Positions 1 to 7,165 are shown, counted from the first letter of the stretch. The stretch is DNA of 16,222 nt from a bacterium (GCA_041640455.1 JBEQAF010000045.1:1-16222), one strand, 5' to 3'. Numbers and translations: made by a program. Notes: generated by a model from the letters alone, not told the origin.

Positions 1-37
1 TTAATGTGCTTATGCCTATTGGTAGCTTCTTTTTCAT
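1..37 (-). CDS. 5' end of AAA-ATPase-like protein (AAA-ATPase_like / PD-(D/E)XK nuclease-associated family), truncated by window edge
   Basis: Reverse strand from ATG at 37 reads MKKKLPIGISTL..., matching the characteristic 'KKLPIGIxxF' N-terminus of this family. Strong SD AAGGAGGG at 48-55 (minus). Only 12 codons visible. Confidence 0.7.
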   Translation of the reverse strand, partial: MKKKLPIGISTL

Positions 38-74
38 CCTGGTTATACCCTCCTTACCTGCTTTACACTCTTCT

Positions 75-104
75 ATTATACAGCTACTTTCAGAAAACCT
101 GAAA
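75..104 (-). promoter_or_regulatory. Putative sigma70 promoter of the AAA-ATPase-like gene, overlapped by an inverted repeat
   Basis: Perfect TATAAT on minus strand at 75-80. Weak -35 (TTCAGG, 98-103) at 17-nt spacing. TTTCAG-N5-CTGAAA palindrome at 88-104. Confidence 0.4.
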
Positions 105-447
105 TCTTAATCTAAAAAGTCATAGCCCCATACTTAAGCTATTTAGCTTTTAAGCATTATGAATAAAGAGTCTTGATAGATAAGAGGTAAGTTGTAAGAG
201 GCGAGAGGAGAAGGTTAAAAAAAGATTTTGCCAGAAGCTTCCCCAGCTGAAGCCATTTTCGACAGCTACTACTTTTTTCCCTTTACTTTTAGTTAATTAT
301 ATACCAGTTTGCGAAGATCGACAACATGGTTAAAAACCATTTTGTTTTCAAAGCGCTGGTTTCTACCATTTTTCTTTATCATCAATTATGGCTTCCTGTC
401 AAATATTATTTTTACATGACAAGTAACCACATAACCACATTTCCCCC

Positions 448-476
448 TTGACTTGTTCCGAAATGTAAAATAAACT
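448..476 (+). promoter_or_regulatory. sigma70-type promoter of the leader peptide/DAHP synthase unit
   Basis: TTGACT (448-453), 17-nt spacer, TAAACT (471-476). Predicted +1 at about 483. Confidence 0.75.
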
Positions 477-482
477 TAGATT

Positions 483-575
483 ATGATTTTAAGATCTCTA
501 AAGTTCTTCTTCTTGTCAGTTCGATTTAGTCGATTTACCAGAGTGCTTATGTTATCTCAGGGGGTCGTCGTGTAG
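483..575 (+). CDS. Phe-rich attenuator leader peptide, 30 aa (MILRSLKFFFLSVRFSRFTRVLMLSQGVVV)
   Basis: ORF translated by hand. Three tandem TTC codons (504-512) plus Phe at 525 and 534; no Tyr or Trp codons. The stop codon lies inside the predicted antiterminator arm, upstream of an aromatic biosynthesis gene. Confidence 0.75.
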   Translation: MILRSLKFFFLSVRFSRFTRVLMLSQGVVV

Positions 576-625
576 CTTTTTAATAAATTAGTAGTAACGA
601 AAAGCCACAGGCGGTAAATCCCCTG
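558..625 (+). promoter_or_regulatory. Predicted antiterminator hairpin of the attenuator
   Basis: Nested pairings: CAGGGGGT(558-565)/ATCCCCTG(618-625), CGTC(566-569)/GGCG(610-613), TGTAGCTTTT(571-580)/AAAAGCCACA(600-609, one mismatch). Mutually exclusive with the terminator. Confidence 0.7.
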
Positions 626-640
626 TGGCTTTTTTATTTT
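600..640 (+). terminator. Intrinsic terminator (attenuator) upstream of DAHP synthase
   Basis: AAAAGCCACAGG(600-611)/CCTGTGGCTTTT(622-633) stem ending in a T-tract (TTTTTTATTTT, 630-640), just before the SD AGGAG (649-653). Confidence 0.85.
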
Positions 641-659
641 AATCTAAAAGGAGATTTTT

Positions 660-1676
660 ATGATTATCGTAATGAAACAGGGTTATTCAAAAAAAGATCT
701 GGAACAGGTGATTAAAACTGTTGAGGATTTAGGATTTAAAGCTCACCCGATTTTAGGTGTAGAAAGAACAGTTATAGGCGCTGTTGGAGATGAGAGAGGT
801 AAATACAAACTTCAGGCATTGCAGGCTCTCTCGTGCGTTGAGAGTGTGGTTCCCATTTTAAAGCCCTATAAACTTGCAAGCAGAGACTTTAAAAAGGAGG
901 ATACGATAGTTTCTGTTGGCAATGTTTTGTTTGGACAAAAATATTTTGGAGTTATTGCTGGTCCCTGCTCTGTTGAGTCTGAAAAGCAGATTGTAGAAAC
1001 AGCTATAAAAGTAAAAAAATCTGGGGCAAAAATGCTGCGTGGCGGGGCATTTAAGCCACGAACTTCTCCCTACTCATTCCAGGGACTTGAAAAAGAGGGG
1101 TTAAAGCTTCTTGCCCTTGCAAAAAAGGAATCTGGATTACCTTTCGTTACAGAGGTTATAAATCCTGAAGATGTGGAGCTGGTGGGTGAGTACGCCGACT
1201 GTCTGCAAATTGGTGCAAGAAATGTTCAGAACTTTGCTCTGCTGAAAAGAGCGGGTAGGTTTGGCAAGCCTGTTTTGTTAAAAAGAGGTATGTCAACAAC
1301 TATAGAAGAGTTTCTTATGTCTGCTGAATATGTTCTTTCTGAGGGATGCAAAAATGTGATTCTTTGCGAAAGAGGCATTCGCACTTTTGAAACAGCCACA
1401 AGAAACACGCTGGATATATCAGCAATACCTGTGATTAAGGAAAGATCTCATCTGCCTATCATAGTTGACCCTTCACATGCTACTGGATCAAGAAAGTACG
1501 TGCAACCTTTGAGTCTTGCATCCTTTGCCTGCGGAGCTGACGGGCTGATGGTGGAAGTGCACCCTGAACCAGAGAAGGCACTATGTGATGGACCTCAGTC
1601 TCTCACTCTTTCTGAATTTGATGGGCTGATGAAAAAACTAAAGAAGCTTTCAAAATTTGCTGAAAAAGAGCTTTAA
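660..1676 (+). CDS. aroF: 3-deoxy-7-phosphoheptulonate (DAHP) synthase, class I-beta, with N-terminal ferredoxin-like/ACT-type regulatory domain
   Basis: Motifs IAGPCSVES, LRGGAFKPRTSPYSFQG, QIGARN, LLKRG, CERGIRTFE, DPSHATG; N-terminal MIIVMK...GVERTVIGAVGD regulatory domain; SD AGGAG. Confidence 0.96.
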   Translation: MIIVMKQGYSKKDLEQVIKTVEDLGFKAHPILGVERTVIGAVGDERGKYKLQALQALSCVESVVPILKPYKLASRDFKKEDTIVSVGNVLFGQKYFGVIAGPCSVESEKQIVETAIKVKKSGAKMLRGGAFKPRTSPYSFQGLEKEGLKLLALAKKESGLPFVTEVINPEDVELVGEYADCLQIGARNVQNFALLKRAGRFGKPVLLKRGMSTTIEEFLMSAEYVLSEGCKNVILCERGIRTFETATRNTLDISAIPVIKERSHLPIIVDPSHATGSRKYVQPLSLASFACGADGLMVEVHPEPEKALCDGPQSLTLSEFDGLMKKLKKLSKFAEKEL

Positions 1677-1688
1677 TTATGACATAAT
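1660..1688 (+). promoter_or_regulatory. Putative internal promoter for the tol-pal genes
   Basis: CTGAAA (1660-1665), 17-nt spacer, extended -10 TGaCATAAT (1680-1688). Predicted +1 at about 1695-1696. Confidence 0.45.
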
Positions 1689-1695
1689 TTATTTA

Positions 1696-2442
1696 GTGGA
1701 CACGTCGATATTTATATCCAAACAGTTTGAGTTTGTTGAAACCATACTTAAAAAAAGAAAGCAGAAAAGATTCAGGAACTCTTTTCTGCTGGCTTTTTTT
1801 TTCCATCTCATCGCTTTTATAATACTTTCTTTATCCTATAAAAATACAGGGAGTGAGGTAGCAGTAAATATTAGAGAGACGGTTATTCATTTTGCCGATT
1901 ACAAGCCCATGAATCAGCCACAGGTTGAGCCCAATATTAAGGAGTCATTTAAGAACTCCGAGAGCGGTCAAAGTGATATTAAAAATGCTTTGCTTCCAGA
2001 AAAGCCCGATCTGTTTAAAAGATCCGATAATTTAGCCTGGAGAGATACTGTCAAAAAAAAATTTATAAAGGAAGAGAAGAAAATTCTGGAGCACAGGGTT
2101 ATCTCTCCACCTAAATCAACAACATCAGCCTCTTCAAAACAAAATGATATTTCTCCCGGGTTGTCAAGATTTATAAATGGGCTGATTTGGATAGTTAAAA
2201 CTCATTGGCAGATACCAGAAGATTATTATAACCAGTTGCAGGGGATGTCTGCAGAAGTGGAGTTTTATATAGACGCAAATGGCAATATAGCATATCAGAT
2301 TACTCGTTCTTCGAGGAGTAAGGTTTTTGATTTTTATTTCCAGGAGGCGCTGACCAGAACATTATCAAACTTTCCCTACAATAATGAGTTTTTTGATTAT
2401 CTTAACAAGGGTGGTAAAATATTTATTGAATTTAAATTATAA
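1696..2442 (+). CDS. tolA: TolA/TonB-family energy transducer (N-terminal TM anchor, C-terminal TonB_C-like domain); start uncertain (GTG 1696 preferred over TTG 1657)
   Basis: Basic stretch, then TM helix with conserved His (LAFFFHLIAFIIL). C-terminal 'WQIP...VEFYIDANGNI...ITRSSRSKVFD' resembles TonB_2/TolA domain III. Lies directly before tolB-pal-cpoB. Confidence 0.7.
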   Translation: MDTSIFISKQFEFVETILKKRKQKRFRNSFLLAFFFHLIAFIILSLSYKNTGSEVAVNIRETVIHFADYKPMNQPQVEPNIKESFKNSESGQSDIKNALLPEKPDLFKRSDNLAWRDTVKKKFIKEEKKILEHRVISPPKSTTSASSKQNDISPGLSRFINGLIWIVKTHWQIPEDYYNQLQGMSAEVEFYIDANGNIAYQITRSSRSKVFDFYFQEALTRTLSNFPYNNEFFDYLNKGGKIFIEFKL

Positions 2443-2457
2443 ACTAAAGGGGTTTTT

Positions 2458-3621
2458 ATGAAGAAAATCTTCTGTTCTCTGCTTTTTTTTGTTGTTCTTA
2501 CCAGCTATTCCTGGGCAATTAAGATTACAATTACTGACCCAACCATAAGGCCTTTTAAGCTTTATATTCATCCCTATAATGGGAAGGTAAAGCTTTATGA
2601 GCTAATCCCTCAGACATTTAAGTCTCTTCCTAATTTTCAGATTTTAGAAGAACCTCGCTCAGTTGATTTTGACCTGAAGGCTGAGGATGATGATGGGGGG
2701 CTTAAAATAACACTTACTAACTATAAAACAAATGAGTTTACCATCTTCAAAATGGCTTCAAATCTTTCTTCTCTTTATCTGCTTCTTGACAGTATCTATG
2801 AGAAGATTACTCAGACAAAAGGCATATTTTCAACAAAGATTGTGTTTTCAATGAACTGGTATGGTAAAAGAGAGATTTTTATCTCCGACTTTTATGGAAG
2901 GGGGATTAAAAAGATCACATCCAATGGAAGAGATTCCATCTGCCCCAAGCTATCAAATAACCGAAAATATATTGTTTACACTCTTTACGAGCAGAACGGC
3001 GGCACATCTCTAAACCTAATAAACCTATCGGACTATACAGAAAAAAAGATATATGCCTCAAAAGAGCTTCTTCTGGCTGGAGGCTTCTCTTCAGATGATA
3101 ATTTCATCTACTTTACATCCTATGACGGCAAGCAGTCTAAAATTTATAAATTTGCCCTTGCAAATAACAAGGAGCAGATTATATACAGAAGCTCAGCAAG
3201 AATTGCAAGCCCAGTTCCAGCTTTTCAAAATGGCATAATAGGTTTTGTATCCGATGAGTTTGGTTCTCCCTCAGTTTTTTTGCTCAATCTTGATAACCGC
3301 TCTATAAGAAGAGTTACAAGAACTCATGCTTATGCTACTTCGCCTTCCTTTCCAAGAGAAGCTGGCTATCTGGCATATCTTGCTCAGATTGGCGGCAAAA
3401 ACCAGATTTTTATCACTTCTTATGATAATACAGACCAGGTTCAGCTTTCTTACGGAAATATAAGCATTGATGATATCGTATGGCTAAAAAATGAAAGATT
3501 TATGCTGGCATCCAAAGCCTCTGACAAGGAGTCAGTCCTTTATTTAGTTGACATACCAACTCAAAAATATATAAAATTATTTGATATAAAAGCAAATTTT
3601 TCATATTTAAATGCCAATTAG
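2458..3621 (+). CDS. tolB: TolB-like periplasmic beta-propeller protein
   Basis: Signal peptide; 'GIFSTKIVF' linker motif; PD40-like repeats (EIFISDFYG, FVSDEFGSPSVF, NQIFI); position before pal. Confidence 0.82.
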   Translation: MKKIFCSLLFFVVLTSYSWAIKITITDPTIRPFKLYIHPYNGKVKLYELIPQTFKSLPNFQILEEPRSVDFDLKAEDDDGGLKITLTNYKTNEFTIFKMASNLSSLYLLLDSIYEKITQTKGIFSTKIVFSMNWYGKREIFISDFYGRGIKKITSNGRDSICPKLSNNRKYIVYTLYEQNGGTSLNLINLSDYTEKKIYASKELLLAGGFSSDDNFIYFTSYDGKQSKIYKFALANNKEQIIYRSSARIASPVPAFQNGIIGFVSDEFGSPSVFLLNLDNRSIRRVTRTHAYATSPSFPREAGYLAYLAQIGGKNQIFITSYDNTDQVQLSYGNISIDDIVWLKNERFMLASKASDKESVLYLVDIPTQKYIKLFDIKANFSYLNAN

Positions 3622-3633
3622 GGGGTTTAGCGG

Positions 3634-4230
3634 ATGAAAAAAGCCTTTTTAATTTTGTTTGTTTCAGTATTTGTGTTTTCCTGTGCAAAGCAAAAGATCT
3701 CTGCGCCTTTGCCATCTCAGATAGACCAGCCAGCATCAACGACTACCGAAACTAAATCCCCAAATGCCACAGCAAAACAGGAAGAGGCAAAGCTGGAACA
3801 GCTCGATGGGCTAAAAACTCTCACACCTCAGGATATTACTCCCGATATGATAGTTAAAGCTCAGACCACAGCATCTGATGAGTTCTCTGAGAAAAGCGTT
3901 TTGAAAAAGATGATCCACTTTGATTTTGACAGCTATGAGATAAATAATGATGCAAAAAAGATACTTGAAGAGATTGCAGCATATCTTAAAGAGTACAGGT
4001 CCTTAAAAATCATTGTGGAAGGTCATTGCGATGAAAGAGGTACTAAAGAGTATAACCTTGCACTCGGAATGAAAAGGGCAGAGGCTACTAAAAAATATTT
4101 AGAAGATCTGGGGATAGAAGAGTCAAGATTAAGCATAATCAGTTATGGAGAAGATAAACCACTTGACCCCACAAGCAGTGAAGAGGCTTGGGCAAAAAAT
4201 AGGAGAGCTCAGTTTAAAAGAGCTCAATGA
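3634..4230 (+). CDS. pal: Peptidoglycan-associated lipoprotein (OmpA-like domain)
   Basis: Lipobox VFSC; IHFDFDSY, EGHCDERGTKEYNLALGMKRA, ISYGEDKP, AWAKNRRA. Confidence 0.96.
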   Translation: MKKAFLILFVSVFVFSCAKQKISAPLPSQIDQPASTTTETKSPNATAKQEEAKLEQLDGLKTLTPQDITPDMIVKAQTTASDEFSEKSVLKKMIHFDFDSYEINNDAKKILEEIAAYLKEYRSLKIIVEGHCDERGTKEYNLALGMKRAEATKKYLEDLGIEESRLSIISYGEDKPLDPTSSEEAWAKNRRAQFKRAQ

Positions 4231-5108
4231 AAAAGCTTATTTTTTTTATACCTTTTGTCTTTTGTTCCTGTATAGCCACAACAAATGAGCTGTATAACCT
4301 TCAGCGATCAGTTGCTGCTCTTGAATCTGAAATAAAAAATTCAAAATCTGAGATCTTTTCTGAGACTGGTGAGATAAAAACTACAACTGAACGACTCAAC
4401 GACCTCCACAATCGTTTGAGAAAAAGCTTTGCCGACACTAATTCGAGGATTGATGAGCTGGAATTAAAAATAGGCAGATTAAAAGGAGAGCTTGATAATC
4501 AGTCTGCAGAAATTAAATCTCTGAATAAGAACGTGACTACTCTTTCGTCTAATCAGACCTCCCTGTCTTTAAACCTCAACAAAGAGCTTACGGGCATTAA
4601 AAATGATATAAAGCTTGTCAGACAGGATCAGCTCTTACTTTTTTCAAATTTTTCTTCTCTTCTTGTGATCGTAAAGGATATGCAGAAACCTTCGGTAGTT
4701 CAACCAAGCCCAAAAGATCCCAGGATAGCCGAAAAAGATTACAATGAGGCGCTGGATCTTTATAACAAAAAGCAGTTTGGTGAGGCAATTAAAGCCTTTG
4801 AAAAGTTTGTAAATATCTATCCTAATGATCCGCTTGTATCAAATGCCCTTTACTGGATTGGTGAGTCCTACTACTCTGAAAAGAAATATAATGAAGCACT
4901 TACTTATTTCTACAGAGTGGTGGTTGATTTTCCTAACTCCCGCAAGGTGCCAGCGTCATTGTTAAAGACCTATCTATGCTTTGATATCCTTGGAATGTCA
5001 CGGGAAGCCACAAGTGCGAGAGATGAGCTTTTATCCCGCTTCCCTTTTTCAGAGGAAGCCAGGATAATTAAGGAGAAAGAATCAAAAAAGGATAAGCGTA
5101 GAAGATGA
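4227..5108 (+). CDS. cpoB: Tol-Pal system TPR protein CpoB/YbgF (predicted lipoprotein)
   Basis: Lipobox-like FCSC; N-terminal coiled coil; C-terminal TPRs (YNEALDLY, NALYWIGESYY, FPNSRKVPASLLK); ATGA overlap with pal. Confidence 0.9.
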   Translation: MKKLIFFIPFVFCSCIATTNELYNLQRSVAALESEIKNSKSEIFSETGEIKTTTERLNDLHNRLRKSFADTNSRIDELELKIGRLKGELDNQSAEIKSLNKNVTTLSSNQTSLSLNLNKELTGIKNDIKLVRQDQLLLFSNFSSLLVIVKDMQKPSVVQPSPKDPRIAEKDYNEALDLYNKKQFGEAIKAFEKFVNIYPNDPLVSNALYWIGESYYSEKKYNEALTYFYRVVVDFPNSRKVPASLLKTYLCFDILGMSREATSARDELLSRFPFSEEARIIKEKESKKDKRRR

Positions 5109-5377
5109 GAAGAGTTAAGATTATTGTTGAAGGAAAGGTTCAGGGTGTATTTTTCAGACAGAGCACCCTTAATGAGGCTAAATCACTAAATATTTGTGGC
5201 TATGTAAAGAATTTGAGGGATGGAAATGTGGAGGTAGACGCTCAGGGGAAGCCTGAGGATATTGAAAAATTAGTCCGCTGGCTCTGGCAAGGACCTCCGC
5301 TTGCAAAGGTTACCAATCTATCTATTTCAGAGCTGCCCTTAAATCCTGATTATAAGGATTTTACTATTACTTATTAA
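5105..5377 (+). CDS. acyP: Acylphosphatase
   Basis: GKVQGVFFR and GYVKNLRDGNVE signatures; 90 aa; ATGA overlap with cpoB. Confidence 0.95.
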   Translation: MRRVKIIVEGKVQGVFFRQSTLNEAKSLNICGYVKNLRDGNVEVDAQGKPEDIEKLVRWLWQGPPLAKVTNLSISELPLNPDYKDFTITY

Positions 5378-5400
5378 ATATACCGCCGGTATATTTGTTT
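5376..5400. terminator. Hairpin between convergent genes, probable (possibly bidirectional) terminator
   Basis: AAATATACC(5376-5384)-GCC-GGTATATTT(5388-5396), followed by GTTTT; fills the gap between the acyP and zinc-ribbon stop codons. Confidence 0.55.
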
Positions 5401-5577
5401 TTAGAGGCAGGTATATTTTGAGCTGGTGCTACAGCTGGCAGGCTGTTTCTCACCTTCTTCTTTAATCTGAAGATCTTTACCTCCACAGATGGGACATTTG
5501 ACCTCTTCTCCCTCTTCTATTTTTACTCTTTCAAATACAAGCTCGCATTTTTTACACTCATACTTTGTGGTCTGCAT
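5401..5577 (-). CDS. FmdB-family-like zinc-ribbon protein, 58 aa (not in ORF track)
   Basis: Hand translation MQTTKYECKKCELVFERVKIEEGEEVKCPICGGKDLQIKEEGEKQPASCSTSSKYTCL: YECxxC..FE...CPxCG pattern; SD AAAGGAG at 5585-5591 (minus). Confidence 0.85.
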   Translation of the reverse strand: MQTTKYECKKCELVFERVKIEEGEEVKCPICGGKDLQIKEEGEKQPASCSTSSKYTCL

Positions 5578-5595
5578 ATCAAATCTCCTTTAATG

Positions 5596-6405
5596 CTAAG
5601 TCTCAAGTATGCCAAGCAGTTCTTCAAGTTGGGACAGGGAATAGTATTCAATTACAATTTTTCCTTTTTTCCCCTTTCCCTCAATCTTTACTTTTGTTTT
5701 AAGGCTTTTTGAAAGCCTTTCTTCAAGCGCCATAATATTCTCATCTTTTGACTTTCTCTTTGCCTTCTTTTCAGCCTCTCTAACGGTTATCCTATTTTCA
5801 GTAAGCCTCTTAAATAGCTCTTTTCTCTTTTTTTCGTCTTCAACTGCAAGAAGGGCTCTGCCATGTCCCTCAGATATAACCCCCTTTCTTAGGGCTTCTT
5901 TGGCATAATCGGGTAGTTTAAGCAGTCTCAATGTGTTTGCCACAGCGCTTCTGCTTTTGCTCACTATGGACGAAAGCTCTTCCTGTGTGTATTTAAACTC
6001 ATCAATGAGATTTTTATAAGCCTCTGCAATATCAATTGGGTTAAGGTCTTCTCTCTGAATATTTTCTATTAAAGCAGCTTCTATTATCTCCTTCTTACTA
6101 AGATCTTTTACAATAGCGGGGATCTTGACCAGTCCCGCCAGCTTTGCCGCCCGCCACCTTCTCTCTCCCACTACAATGGTATAACCGTTATGACTGTTTC
6201 TGGTAACCAGTATGGGCTGAATAATACCCTGATTTTTTATCGAATTTACCAGATCATTCAGTTTTTCCTCGTCAAAGCTCTTTCTGGGCTGATGGGGGTT
6301 TGGTGATACCGATTCAATATCAATCTCAAGTATTTCTGAAGTTTTGGTTATCTCATCTCCCATCAGTGCGGCAAGCCCTCTGCCAATAGTGCTTCTCTTA
6401 TTCAT
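5596..6405 (-). CDS. parB: Chromosome partitioning protein ParB/Spo0J
   Basis: IGRGLAAL N-terminus, PNPHQPRKSF, GIIQPI, GERRWRAA, ALIENIQREDLNPI, HTH 'TQEELSSIVSKSRSAVANTLRLL'. Confidence 0.97.
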   Translation of the reverse strand: MNKRSTIGRGLAALMGDEITKTSEILEIDIESVSPNPHQPRKSFDEEKLNDLVNSIKNQGIIQPILVTRNSHNGYTIVVGERRWRAAKLAGLVKIPAIVKDLSKKEIIEAALIENIQREDLNPIDIAEAYKNLIDEFKYTQEELSSIVSKSRSAVANTLRLLKLPDYAKEALRKGVISEGHGRALLAVEDEKKRKELFKRLTENRITVREAEKKAKRKSKDENIMALEERLSKSLKTKVKIEGKGKKGKIVIEYYSLSQLEELLGILET

Positions 6406-7165
6406 TTTTACTACTCCTGGTCAAAAACTCGTCAACAAAACTGTTGTAACTACCTGCTCCCTTAGACTGACTGTCGAACATATATATTGGGATACCATGA
6501 CTCGGAGCCTCAGATAGTCTAACGTTTCTTGGTATGACTGTCTTGAATACCTTGTTTCCAAAATGCTGAATTACATCATCATAAACTACTCTGGAGAGGT
6601 TGTTTCTCACATCAAACATGGTTAAAAGTATGCCCATAATTTCAATGCTGGGGTTGAGCTCTCTTTTAACCAGCTTTATTGTTTTAATAAGATGGGTTAA
6701 CCCTTCCAGCGCATAGTATTCACACTGAAGCGGCACGATAATATATCTGCAGGCAACCATTGCGTTTAAGGTAAGTAGACCCAGCGATGGTGGGCAGTCT
6801 ATTATGGCATAGTCAAAATCTCCAGCAGCGTTTAAAACTGACTGAAGCCTTTTTTCCCTTCTGGCTATGGAGACAAGCTCTATCTCAGCCCCCACCAGAT
6901 CCTGTGTGGCAGGAAGTATAAATAGATTATCTATCTGGGTCTCCATAACCACATTCTGCACCTCTGTCATACCCACAAGCACATGATAAATAGACTTTTC
7001 AAGCTCTCTAATATTTATTCCTATACCACTTGTCGCATTTGCCTGCGGATCCATATCTACAAGGAGCGTCTTTTTACCCCTCATAGCAAGTCCTGTAGCA
7101 AGACTTATTGCTGTTGTGGTTTTACCCACGCCACCTTTCTGATTTGCAACCGTAATCACCAACAT
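6398..7165 (-). CDS. parA: Chromosome partitioning ATPase ParA/Soj
   Basis: Deviant Walker A NQKGGVGKTTT, DMDPQANAT, IDCPPSLG, QCEYYALEG, IPRNVRLSEAPSHG. Confidence 0.97.
   Translation of the reverse strand: MLVITVANQKGGVGKTTTAISLATGLAMRGKKTLLVDMDPQANATSGIGINIRELEKSIYHVLVGMTEVQNVVMETQIDNLFILPATQDLVGAEIELVSIARREKRLQSVLNAAGDFDYAIIDCPPSLGLLTLNAMVACRYIIVPLQCEYYALEGLTHLIKTIKLVKRELNPSIEIMGILLTMFDVRNNLSRVVYDDVIQHFGNKVFKTVIPRNVRLSEAPSHGIPIYMFDSQSKGAGSYNSFVDEFLTRSSKNE

Noticed and set aside
230..290. Cobalamin riboswitch-like words on the minus strand (AAAGGGAA ... GGGAAG)
   Set aside because: Core elements (GGTG..AA.TCC stem, GCCACTG, B12 box) are missing.
289..382. Two tiny minus-strand ORFs (MIKKNGRNQR..., MVETSALKTK...)
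   Set aside because: Under 30 aa, with no convincing SD or motif; expected by chance.
397..416. TyrR box-like TGTCAA...TTTACA upstream of aroF
   Set aside because: Spacer is 8 nt rather than the 6 nt of TGTAAA-N6-TTTACA, and one half-site is mismatched.
483..640. T-box riboswitch as an alternative explanation for the aroF leader
   Set aside because: No T-box consensus (UGGNACC) or stem I motifs; the Phe-codon ORF explains the structure better.
1657..1695. TTG start of tolA overlapping aroF
   Set aside because: No SD, and the segment looks like a promoter. Not excluded, but GTG 1696 is preferred.
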